Positions 21,984-29,077 of a stretch of DNA of 32,000 nucleotides are shown piece by piece. The translations under genes were made by a program, and so were the position numbers. Below the pieces are notes generated by a model. It saw only the letters and a program-made list of their open reading frames with translations, ran no database searches and had not been told where the DNA came from. The stretch spans positions 840,001-872,000 of the forward strand of contig NC_011979.1 of the NCBI RefSeq assembly GCF_000022265.1, given 5' to 3'. Positions within the stretch are counted from its first letter, which is position 1. Each line of letters opens with the position of its first letter. Source of the stretch: Geotalea daltonii FRC-32. GTDB taxonomy: Bacteria > Desulfobacterota > Desulfuromonadia > Geobacterales > Geobacteraceae.

Positions 21984-22235
21984 ATGAACCGCTTAATTTT
22001 CCTGGCTGTGGCGATAGGTTGTCTGACTGGTTGCAGTGAATTGAGAATTATCGGCGCAGCGGCAATGAACGAGCTTCGCTCTGATGGCATAAATACGGAG
22101 ATGGCCGCCTACCGGCAGCCGGATTTGAAGAGTGAAGAAGCAAAGGCCGAAGAAAAACCGGTGGTGGTGGCGAAGGTTGTAACTCCATTGCCTAAGGTGA
22201 AAAATTACAGGAAAGGGGCCTGGGAACATTTCTGA
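21984..22235 (+). CDS. Small hypothetical lipoprotein
   Basis: 83 aa with a signal peptide and lipobox MNRLIFLAVAIGCLTG|C. GGAGG SD 7 nt upstream. The mature part is Lys/Glu/Ala-rich. I recognise no family. Confidence 0.7.
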   Translation: MNRLIFLAVAIGCLTGCSELRIIGAAAMNELRSDGINTEMAAYRQPDLKSEEAKAEEKPVVVAKVVTPLPKVKNYRKGAWEHF

Positions 22236-22267
22236 TAATTCTGTCCCGATTGCCCGAATTCATATTC

Positions 22268-22465
22268 CTAGACGGAATGGGAAATGGCACTTACCGGGCA
22301 GACGGCACAGGCTTGGCAGGATCTGCATCGGTTTTGATGGTATCGCACGGCGTGTTTTCTGTATCCTTCGACCTCCAGTGTTATGAGGTGGTGGGGACAG
22401 GCTGAAACACAGCGACCACAGCCGGTGCATCTTGTTTTTTCGATTGGTGGAGGGGAATATTTCAC
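22268..22465 (-). CDS. Small 2x[4Fe-4S]-type ferredoxin
   Basis: 65 aa with two cluster motifs, CTGCGRCVSACP and CRSCQACAVCP. The GTG start overlaps the stop of the upstream 53-aa ORF (GTGA). Confidence 0.75.
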   Translation of the reverse strand: MKYSPPPIEKTRCTGCGRCVSACPHHLITLEVEGYRKHAVRYHQNRCRSCQACAVCPVSAISHSV

Positions 22466-22623
22466 TTCGGTTCAAGTGTCAGTTCAAGCTGCTTCCAGGT
22501 GCAGCGCTTGATTTTGGGGCCTGCATAATAGCGGGGGCAGGCAGCAATGAGGACGGCTACCGGTTGTTTGCATGTGCGGCGGCAGGAAAGGCAGAGGGTA
22601 TTGGCTTGAGCTTGTTCTTTCAT
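22462..22623 (-). CDS. Untracked 53-aa Cys-rich ORF (MKEQAQANTLCLSCRRTCKQPVAVLIAACPRYYAGPKIKRCTWKQLELTLEPK), translationally coupled to the ferredoxin
   Basis: I translated this by hand from the minus strand. ATG at 22623 is preceded by AGGTGG 4 nt upstream. It has five Cys, including CxxCxxxC. Its TGA overlaps the ferredoxin GTG. It is below the 60-aa cutoff of the ORF track. Confidence 0.45.
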   Translation of the reverse strand: MKEQAQANTLCLSCRRTCKQPVAVLIAACPRYYAGPKIKRCTWKQLELTLEPK

Positions 22624-22698
22624 GGTCCCACCTGCGGGGAAATCCCGCAGCCTTCTCGGGCCGCGGGATTAGATAATACTACTGCTTAATGCAATCTA

Positions 22699-23769
22699 TT
22701 AAATTTTCTGGATCCAGCCGAAGCTGTCAGCAATTTTGCCCGTCTGGATGCCGGACAGGGTGTCGTACAGTTTCTGCGTCAGTTTGCCCACCTTGCCGTC
22801 ATCGACGGTCAGGCATTCATCCCTGTAACAGATGGCGCCAACGGGGGTTACCACCGCTGCCGTGCCGCTGCCGAAGGCTTCCTTAACCTTGCCGGAACGG
22901 ATGTCGTTCATCAGTTCCACCACGTCGATCTTGCGCTCTTCAATTTTGATCCCCAGTGATTTAGCCAGGGTGAGCACCGAGTCACGGGTGATGCCGTGGA
23001 GGATTGAGCCGTCCAGCGGGGCGGTGACGATACGGTCTTCATAGGCGAAGAGCATGTTCATGGCGCCAACTTCCTCGATATAGCGCTTGTTAACGCCGTC
23101 CAGCCACAGCACCTGGTCGTAGCCCTTTTTCTTTGCTTCCAGTCCCGCTTTCAGGGAGCTGGCATAGTTGCCGCCGGTCTTTGCCTCACCGGTTCCACCC
23201 GGCGTTGCCCGGACATAGCGGTCTTCCACCAGCAGTTTTATGGGGTTGAAGCCTGAGGCATAATAGGCGCCCACCGGCGAGAGAATGACAAAGAAATAGT
23301 AGTGATCGGAGGGATGGACGCCAAGCACCGGTTCTACGGCGATCATGGCCGGTCTGATGTAGAGGGATGTCCCATCGGCGGAAGGCACCCAGTCCTTTTC
23401 CAGCTGTACCAGTTCCTTGATCCCCTGCAGGAAGAGCTCTTCCGGGACCTGGGGCATGCAGAGCCGGTCAGCAGAGACATTGAAACGCCGGGCATTCATT
23501 TCCGGCCGGAACAGGGCGATGCTGCCGTCGGACCAGCGGTAGGCCTTCAATCCTTCGAAAATCTCCTGCGCATAATGAAACACCAGGCAAGACGGGTCGA
23601 GGACAAAAGGGGCATAGGGTTCAATCCGGGCATCGACCCAGCCCTTGCCGCCTTTCCATTCCACCATCAGCATGCGGTCGGTAAAAATCTTGCCAAAACC
23701 GAGCTGCGACTCATCTGCTATCTTTGTCTTTCTTTTCTCTTCGGGAAGAGAAACCTTCTTGATTTCCAT
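22699..23769 (-). CDS. ilvE: Branched-chain-amino-acid aminotransferase (class IV PLP, long form)
   Basis: Blocks FEGLKAYR, PGGTGEAKTGGNYASSL and GYDQVLWLD. The track ORF starts at 23799. I prefer ATG 23769 (MEIKKVSLPEE.., 356 aa), which has GGAGG 9 nt upstream. Confidence 0.92.
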   Translation of the reverse strand: MEIKKVSLPEEKRKTKIADESQLGFGKIFTDRMLMVEWKGGKGWVDARIEPYAPFVLDPSCLVFHYAQEIFEGLKAYRWSDGSIALFRPEMNARRFNVSADRLCMPQVPEELFLQGIKELVQLEKDWVPSADGTSLYIRPAMIAVEPVLGVHPSDHYYFFVILSPVGAYYASGFNPIKLLVEDRYVRATPGGTGEAKTGGNYASSLKAGLEAKKKGYDQVLWLDGVNKRYIEEVGAMNMLFAYEDRIVTAPLDGSILHGITRDSVLTLAKSLGIKIEERKIDVVELMNDIRSGKVKEAFGSGTAAVVTPVGAICYRDECLTVDDGKVGKLTQKLYDTLSGIQTGKIADSFGWIQKI

Positions 23770-23914
23770 CTGCTTGAACCTCCGGTTTACCGGCGCCATG
23801 CGTCGTTATTAATGTCCTAATCATGTATCATATATGTCATTGCCCGGCAAGGTTTTTAGAACCATTTGCCCACCTGTAATGCTTGCTGCGTACTTCTTTT
23901 AAATCTTTTGCCTA

Positions 23915-23943
23915 TTGATTTTTCTTCCGGCTGTTGTTAAATT
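23915..23943 (+). promoter_or_regulatory. Candidate sigma70-type promoter of rpoH
   Basis: TTGATT (23915-23920), 17 nt, TAAATT (23938-23943). This places the start site inside or at the edge of the CIRCE element. Confidence 0.5.
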
Positions 23944-23944
23944 A

Positions 23945-23971
23945 TTAGCACTCGATTCTGAAGAGTGCTAA
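23945..23971 (+). promoter_or_regulatory. CIRCE operator (HrcA binding site), perfect consensus
   Basis: TTAGCACTC-GATTCTGAA-GAGTGCTAA is an exact match to the CIRCE consensus TTAGCACTC-N9-GAGTGCTAA. It lies 32 nt upstream of the rpoH ATG. Confidence 0.9.
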
Positions 23972-24002
23972 AGATGCTGGCCCTGCATTCAGGAGGATTC
24001 AA

Positions 24003-24854
24003 ATGAACTATTCAATGCCTGTCGTAGTCGATAATCTGAGTCTCTACCTTGCTGAAATCAAGCGTTTTCCGGTCCTTTCTCCTGAGGAGGAGCATGAATG
24101 CGCAGTCAGGTTCTATGAAAAGAAGGACCTGGAAGCGGCGCACAAACTGATCACCTCAAATCTCCGCTTTGTGGTGAAGATTGCCGGCGAATATCGCGCC
24201 TACGGCATGAAGATGCTGGACCTGATCCAGGAAGGCAATGTGGGGCTGATGATGGCTGTGCGCAAGTTCAATCCGCACAAGGGCTTTCGACTCATTTCCT
24301 ACGCCGTCTGGTGGATCCGCGCTTATATCCAGAATCACATCATCTCTGCCTGGAGCCTTTTGAAGATCGGCACCACCCAAGCGCAAAGGAAGCTGTTTTT
24401 TAAGCTGAACCAGGCTAAAAGTGCCATCAGGAATATGACTGGTGGCGGCGAAGATTTTCAGGCGACAGCCGAAGCCCTCGATGTGAAGGAAACGGAAGTG
24501 GCGGAAATGGACCAGCGGATGCGGGGAGATTTTTTTCTCGACGCCCAGGTGATTACCGGAGAAGGGTTGACCATGCTGGAGAGCCTCCCCGACGAGCGGC
24601 GCAATCAGGAGGAGCTTCTGGCTGAAGCACAGGAGAGCGCTCTCCTGGAGAAGCAGGTCGCCTCAGCCTTGACCTGCCTCAATGAGAAGGAGCGCTATGT
24701 CATCGAACAGAGGGTTTCTGCCGAGAGTCCCCTGACGCTCCAGGAGATTGCCGATCATTTTTCCATCTCCCGGGAAAGGGTAAGGCAGATCGAGGAAGGA
24801 GCCCTGAAAAAAATGAAGCAGGCACTGCTGCCCTTGGTAACGCAGACGGTTTAG
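24003..24854 (+). CDS. rpoH: RNA polymerase heat-shock sigma factor RpoH (sigma-32)
   Basis: 283-aa sigma70-family protein with regions 2-4. It carries the RpoH box QRKLFFKL that is diagnostic for sigma-32. AGGAGG SD. Confidence 0.93.
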   Translation: MNYSMPVVVDNLSLYLAEIKRFPVLSPEEEHECAVRFYEKKDLEAAHKLITSNLRFVVKIAGEYRAYGMKMLDLIQEGNVGLMMAVRKFNPHKGFRLISYAVWWIRAYIQNHIISAWSLLKIGTTQAQRKLFFKLNQAKSAIRNMTGGGEDFQATAEALDVKETEVAEMDQRMRGDFFLDAQVITGEGLTMLESLPDERRNQEELLAEAQESALLEKQVASALTCLNEKERYVIEQRVSAESPLTLQEIADHFSISRERVRQIEEGALKKMKQALLPLVTQTV

Positions 24855-24876
24855 AATTAAATCCGGTTGCAGTTAT

Positions 24877-24907
24877 AAAAGGCGATCTCTTAGGGGTCGC
24901 CTTTTTT
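24877..24907 (+). terminator. Rho-independent terminator of rpoH
   Basis: AAAAGGCGATCT-loop-GGGGTCGCC followed by TTTTTT. The stem is ~8 bp including G-U pairs. It lies 23 nt after the rpoH stop. Confidence 0.8.
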
Positions 24908-24993
24908 AATGGCTGAATTAATGTTGACTAAATGAATGTAAAAAGGGATTTTTATTTAATAGTAAAAAAGTGCAGTAATACGCAAAAATTAAC

Positions 24994-25022
24994 TTTACAA
25001 TTTAGTTAAAGTACCATAGAGT
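24994..25022 (+). promoter_or_regulatory. Candidate promoter driving the SAM riboswitch/metY operon
   Basis: TTTACA-17 nt-TAGAGT in an AT-rich spacer, ending ~20 nt upstream of the riboswitch P1 strand. Confidence 0.45.
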
Positions 25023-25040
25023 CATATCAAAATTTCAACC

Positions 25041-25209
25041 TTCTTTATCGAGAGTGGTGGAGGGAAAGGCCCTGCGAAACCACAGCAACCTGTGCATTTT
25101 TTATTGCAACGGGTGCTAATTCCTGCCGATAAGTAACCGGCGAAGATGAGGTGGGTGCTTGGCGAAAATCTCGCACGAAGCCCCTGCTAACCCAAAGGGG
25201 CTTTTTTTG
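25041..25209 (+). promoter_or_regulatory. SAM-I (S-box) riboswitch with intrinsic terminator expression platform
   Basis: Aptamer (~25041-25153): cTTTATCGAGAGTGGTGGAGGGAAAGGCCCTGCGAAACCACAGCAACC...GGTGCTAATTCCTGCCG...GAAGATGAGG. It matches the conserved S-box blocks (TTATC.AGAG.GG.GGAGGGA..GGCCC..GAA.CC..GCAACC / GGTGCTAA..CC / AGATGAG). P1 pairs CTTTATC with GATGAGG. Terminator: AGCCCCT (25179-85) / AGGGGCT (25196-202) plus T7, 13 nt before the metY ATG. Confidence 0.9.
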
Positions 25210-25221
25210 TAAGGGGAGAGT

Positions 25222-26475
25222 ATGACAGACAAGGCCAGAACATACGGATTTGAAACATTGCTGATCCATGGAGGTCTGGAGCCGGGACCGGCCGGAGCAA
25301 CCACCGTGCCTATCGTTCAGTCCTCTTCCTTTGCCCATGCCACGGCTGAGGACCTGGAGGATATCTTTCGCGGCCGAAAGATCGGCCAGGTATATACCCG
25401 GGTCGGCAATCCGACGACGGAAAGCCTGGAGAAGCGACTGGCGGTCCTGGAAGGGGGGCAATCGGCAGTCGCCACTGCTTCGGGCATGGCTGCCATTACC
25501 ACAGCGGTCATGGCCATCGTCCGGGCAGGTGATGAAATCCTTTCCTCCTCATCACTCTTTGGCGGCACTTTTTCCCTGTTCCGCGATACCCTGTCTGCCT
25601 ACGGCATCACCACCCGCTTTGTGGATCCCACTGATTTAGAGGCAGTAAAAGCGGGTATAAACGAAAAAACCCGCCTCATTTTTCTGGAAACGATCGGCAA
25701 TCCAAAAATGGATGTGCCAGATATCCCAGCAGTTGCCCAACTTGCCAGGGAAGCAGGTATCCCGCTCATGGTGGATGCAACGGTGACTACTCCCTATCTG
25801 GCCACGGGAAAGGATCTGGGAGCGGATATCGTTGTTCATTCGACGAGCAAGTTCATCAACGGCACCGGCAGTGCCATCGGTGGCGCCATTATCGATGTCG
25901 GCCGGTTCAACTGGCAGAGCGCTAAATTTCCACACTTTGAGCTGTTCTTCAAAAAATATCGCGGCTTTGCCTTTACCGCCAGGGTAAGAAAGTTGATCCA
26001 TAAGGATTTTGGCGCCTGTGCTGCTCCCATGAACTCATTCCTCTTGTCGGAAGGAATCGAGACCCTGGCCTTGCGCATGGAGCGTCACTGCAGCAACGCC
26101 CTGAAGCTGGCCCAATTCCTCCAGTTACAGCCAAAGGTTGCCTGGGTGAATTATCCGGGCCTTGCCGACAACCCTTACCACCAAGCGGCGAAAAAGTTAT
26201 ATGGGGACAGATTCGGTGGAGTTCTGACCTTCGGTCTGGCCGACAAGGTGGCTGCTTTCAGTTTTATCAACGGGGTAAGGCTGGCGCGGAATCTGGCCAA
26301 TATAGGCGACGCAAAGACACTGGTCATCCATCCCGCGAGCACCATCTGTGCCGACTTCGGCCCGGAGGAAAAGGGGCTGATGGGGGTGGGTGAAGAGATG
26401 GTGCGGGTGTCGACGGGCATTGAAAACATAAATGACATTATCGAGGATTTTCGGTTATCCTTGGACCAATTGTAA
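25222..26475 (+). CDS. metY: O-acetylhomoserine sulfhydrylase (PLP-dependent Cys/Met metabolism family)
   Basis: 417 aa. N-terminal FETLLIHGG, the PLP-lysine block HSTSKFINGTGSAIGG, and typical OAH sulfhydrylase length and blocks. AAGGGGAG SD. Confidence 0.9.
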   Translation: MTDKARTYGFETLLIHGGLEPGPAGATTVPIVQSSSFAHATAEDLEDIFRGRKIGQVYTRVGNPTTESLEKRLAVLEGGQSAVATASGMAAITTAVMAIVRAGDEILSSSSLFGGTFSLFRDTLSAYGITTRFVDPTDLEAVKAGINEKTRLIFLETIGNPKMDVPDIPAVAQLAREAGIPLMVDATVTTPYLATGKDLGADIVVHSTSKFINGTGSAIGGAIIDVGRFNWQSAKFPHFELFFKKYRGFAFTARVRKLIHKDFGACAAPMNSFLLSEGIETLALRMERHCSNALKLAQFLQLQPKVAWVNYPGLADNPYHQAAKKLYGDRFGGVLTFGLADKVAAFSFINGVRLARNLANIGDAKTLVIHPASTICADFGPEEKGLMGVGEEMVRVSTGIENINDIIEDFRLSLDQL

Positions 26476-26490
26476 AGAAGGAGATGAGAG

Positions 26491-26706
26491 ATGAATCTGA
26501 CGGTAAACGGCAAAGCGGCAACAATAGCGGGCAAGGATAATCTGGACGTCAATGCTCTGTTGGTGGAACTGAAGGTGGAGCAGCCCGACTACGTGACGGT
26601 GGAGCTGAATGGCGACATCCTGGAGCGTGACAATTTCGGCCAGACCATGGTCAAGGACGGCGACACGGTGGAATTCCTCTATTTCATGGGTGGAGGGAAC
26701 CTCTAA
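26491..26706 (+). CDS. ThiS/MoaD-family sulfur-carrier protein (HcyS/CysO-like) with C-terminal extension ...MGGGNL
   Basis: 71 aa, beta-grasp-like in size and pattern (MNLTVNGK...VELNGDIL...DGDTVEFLYFMGGGNL). The Gly-Gly is not terminal. Strong SD (AAGGAGA). Its stop overlaps the start of the E1 gene (TAATG). Confidence 0.8.
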   Translation: MNLTVNGKAATIAGKDNLDVNALLVELKVEQPDYVTVELNGDILERDNFGQTMVKDGDTVEFLYFMGGGNL

Positions 26707-27515
26707 TGCTGACAGAAGACCAGATAGCCCGCTATTCCCGCCACATCATCCTCAAGGAAGTTGGCGGCAAGGGGCAGAAAAAATTGTTTGACGGCAAGGT
26801 GATGATCATCGGCGCCGGTGGCCTAGGCTCCCCCATTGCCCTCTATCTGGCGGCGGCCGGGGTCGGCACCATCGGCATTGCCGATGCCGATGTGGTCGAT
26901 CTTTCCAACCTGCAGCGCCAGGTGATACACCAGACCAAGGATGTGGGGATCGCCAAGGTGCTATCCGCCAAGGAAAAGATGCAGGCCATCAATCCCGAAC
27001 TCACGGTCAACACTTACGAGGAATGGATCAGCGCCGCCAATATCACCGACATCATCAAGGACTATGATTTCGTCATCGACGGCACCGACAACTTCGCTGC
27101 CAAGTTTCTTATCAATGATGCCTGTGTGCTGGCCGGTAAGCCCTATTCCCACGGCGGCATTCTCCAGTTCGACGGCCAGACCATCACTATCGAGCCGGGT
27201 AAGTCGGCCTGCTACCGTTGCATCTTTCCTACGCCGCCGCCCAAAGACGCCATTCCCACCTGTTCCACGGCGGGGGTTATCGGGGTGCTGCCGGGGGTGA
27301 TCGGCACCATTCAGGCTACCGAGGCAATTAAGTTCCTGCTGGGCAAGGGAGAGCTTTTGACCGGGCGACTACTTACCTACAGTGCTCTGCGGATGAGATT
27401 CCGCGAGGTGCCCATCAAGAAGAATGGCAAATGTCCCATCTGCGGTGACAACCCCACCATTACCCAGGTGGTGGACGAACTTGACGCACTGAATGTGTGC
27501 GACCTGGAAAAATGA
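26706..27515 (+). CDS. ThiF/MoeB/HesA-family adenylyltransferase (E1-like, HcyF-like), no rhodanese domain
   Basis: 269 aa with RYSRHIILKEVG, the ATP loop GAGGLGSP and two CxxC pairs (CYRC, CPIC) for structural Zn. The protein ends right after the second CxxC, so no C-terminal rhodanese domain is present. Confidence 0.88.
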   Translation: MLTEDQIARYSRHIILKEVGGKGQKKLFDGKVMIIGAGGLGSPIALYLAAAGVGTIGIADADVVDLSNLQRQVIHQTKDVGIAKVLSAKEKMQAINPELTVNTYEEWISAANITDIIKDYDFVIDGTDNFAAKFLINDACVLAGKPYSHGGILQFDGQTITIEPGKSACYRCIFPTPPPKDAIPTCSTAGVIGVLPGVIGTIQATEAIKFLLGKGELLTGRLLTYSALRMRFREVPIKKNGKCPICGDNPTITQVVDELDALNVCDLEK

Positions 27516-27590
27516 GCAGCTTCCGCACCTGCACAATATTGCCGAATTGATATGTGAAATCTGCCGATAATGTTTTTTGAAAGGTCATTC

Positions 27591-27989
27591 ATGCTTAAAA
27601 TCCCCAAAGTAATCCATGACGATATCATCGCCCATGCCAGGGCGGGGTTTCCCCTTGAAGTATGCGGCATCCTCGGTGGCACTGCAGGGACGGTTTCCGT
27701 TATCTACCGGATGACCAACACCGATCAGAGCAATGAACACTTCATGATGAACCCCAAGGAGCAGTTCGCCGTCATCAAGGAGCTGCGCGCCAATGGGTTG
27801 GAGATGCTGGCCATTTACCACTCCCATCCCGAAACGCCCGCTCGCCCGTCGGAGGAAGATATTCGCTTGGCACTGACCCCGAATGTTTCCTATGTCATTG
27901 CCTCATTGGCTGAACAGGAAAAGCCGGCGGTCAATTCCTTCAGTATCAGCGGCGGAACTGTCACGCCAGAACCTATTGAGGTAATCTGA
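27591..27989 (+). CDS. JAMM/MPN+ metalloprotease (Mec+/HcyD-like sulfur-carrier C-terminal hydrolase)
   Basis: Catalytic Glu in FPLEVCGIL and the JAMM motif HSHPETPARPSEED (HxHx7Sx2D). The track ORF starts at 27570. I prefer ATG 27591 (GAAAGG 7 nt upstream; MLKIPKV.., 132 aa). Confidence 0.85.
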   Translation: MLKIPKVIHDDIIAHARAGFPLEVCGILGGTAGTVSVIYRMTNTDQSNEHFMMNPKEQFAVIKELRANGLEMLAIYHSHPETPARPSEEDIRLALTPNVSYVIASLAEQEKPAVNSFSISGGTVTPEPIEVI

Positions 27990-28032
27990 ACTTTCTTTAC
28001 GGTATTGGTGTAGTATCTCCTTATGTTTTTTC

Positions 28033-28062
28033 TTGACTATTTTACTGATAATCTTGTAGGAT
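28033..28062 (+). promoter_or_regulatory. Possible internal promoter ahead of the sulfite reductase gene
   Basis: TTGACT-18 nt-TAGGAT within the 109-nt AT-rich gap between the JAMM and sulfite reductase genes. Hexamer match only. Confidence 0.3.
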
Positions 28063-28098
28063 GCTTTTACCTGAACTTGAGCAATGGAGTGGATAAAT

Positions 28099-29046
28099 AT
28101 GGCAAACGACAGCGGCAAGACCAGCATCGATCTGGGCAACCTCAAGGCAGGGGGCTTTATCAAGGAGAGGGGCAAGGACCTCTTCACCGTCAGGCTGAGG
28201 GTTCCCGGCGGGAGAATGACCGTCCCCCGACTGAAGAAAATAGCCCAAGTGGCCGAAAAATTCGGTGGGGAATTTGTCCATCTTTCCGTGCGGCAATCCA
28301 TCGAACTGATCAATATCAATTTCAAAGATTTTGATGCCGTTGTTGCCGAGCTGGGTGAAGGCGAGCAGAAGGTCGCCTCCTGCGGTGCCCGGGTAAGGGT
28401 GCCTACCGCTTGCGGCGGCTGCGAATACAACCCCAACGGCCTGGTGGACACCCAGCGTTCGGCCCTGGAGGTTGATGAAAAACTTTTCGGTACTCCCACC
28501 GGCCACCACAAATTCAAGGTCGGCTTTGCCGGCTGCCCCTTTGACTGCCCTAAATCGGCAACCAACGATGTGGGCTTCCAGGGTGCTATCTGGCCTGAGC
28601 TGCACGCTGACGAGTGCATCAGCTGCGGCCTCTGCGCCAAGTCCTGCACGGAGGGGGCCATTGCCATGGGAGCGGACGGCAAACCTGAATTCAACGCTGC
28701 TGCCTGCATCTACTGTGGCGATTGCGTCAAGGTCTGTCCAACCGAAGCTTGGAAGGTAGCAAAAAAAGGCTATACGGTGCGGATTGGCGGCAAATGGGGT
28801 CGTCATCCGTTAGTGGGTACACTTTTCGCCACCTTCCTCCCAGAAGACCGGGTGGTGGATTTTATCGGCGAGGTCCTGGCCTGGTACAAGGAGAAGGCCG
28901 ATGGCACCGGCCGCATCAGGATTGGCGACATCATTATCAGGGAAGGGGCTGATTCGCTTTTAACTCGCCTGAGGGCCAGGTTTCCTGACTTTGTTGCCGA
29001 AAAAACCATCGCCCCGCAGGTGATAGAAACTCAGGTGGGGAAATAA
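28099..29046 (+). CDS. Small siroheme-type sulfite/nitrite reductase family protein with inserted 2x[4Fe-4S] ferredoxin domain (AsrC/DsrA-like)
   Basis: N-terminal NIR/SIR ferredoxin-like half domain (FTVRLRVPGGRMTVPRLKKIAQVAEKFGGEFVHLSVRQSIEL). Cys groups CGARVRVPTACGGC and CPFDC are consistent with a siroheme-coupled cluster. Ferredoxin motifs CISCGLCAKSC and CIYCGDCVKVCP are also present. I prefer ATG 28099 (GGAG 8 nt upstream) over track start 28084. Confidence 0.8.
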   Translation: MANDSGKTSIDLGNLKAGGFIKERGKDLFTVRLRVPGGRMTVPRLKKIAQVAEKFGGEFVHLSVRQSIELININFKDFDAVVAELGEGEQKVASCGARVRVPTACGGCEYNPNGLVDTQRSALEVDEKLFGTPTGHHKFKVGFAGCPFDCPKSATNDVGFQGAIWPELHADECISCGLCAKSCTEGAIAMGADGKPEFNAAACIYCGDCVKVCPTEAWKVAKKGYTVRIGGKWGRHPLVGTLFATFLPEDRVVDFIGEVLAWYKEKADGTGRIRIGDIIIREGADSLLTRLRARFPDFVAEKTIAPQVIETQVGK

Positions 29047-29077
29047 TAGTTCGAGGTTCGAAGTAAGGGAGAAATAT

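Noticed and set aside
21788-22090. 100-aa minus-strand ORF overlapping the lipoprotein gene start and the clpB-lipoprotein intergenic region
   Set aside because: It conflicts with a well-formed lipoprotein gene (SD plus lipobox) and with both divergent promoters. Its composition is not protein-like.
22432-22689. 85-aa plus-strand ORF opposite the 53-aa Cys-rich ORF
   Set aside because: It has no SD and reads through the hairpins. The minus-strand ORF has an SD, a Cys pattern and a stop/start overlap with the ferredoxin, so it is the better model.
25045-25461. 138-aa minus-strand ORF spanning the metY leader and 5' end
   Set aside because: It overlaps a textbook SAM-I riboswitch and the metY start. 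It has no SD and no motifs.
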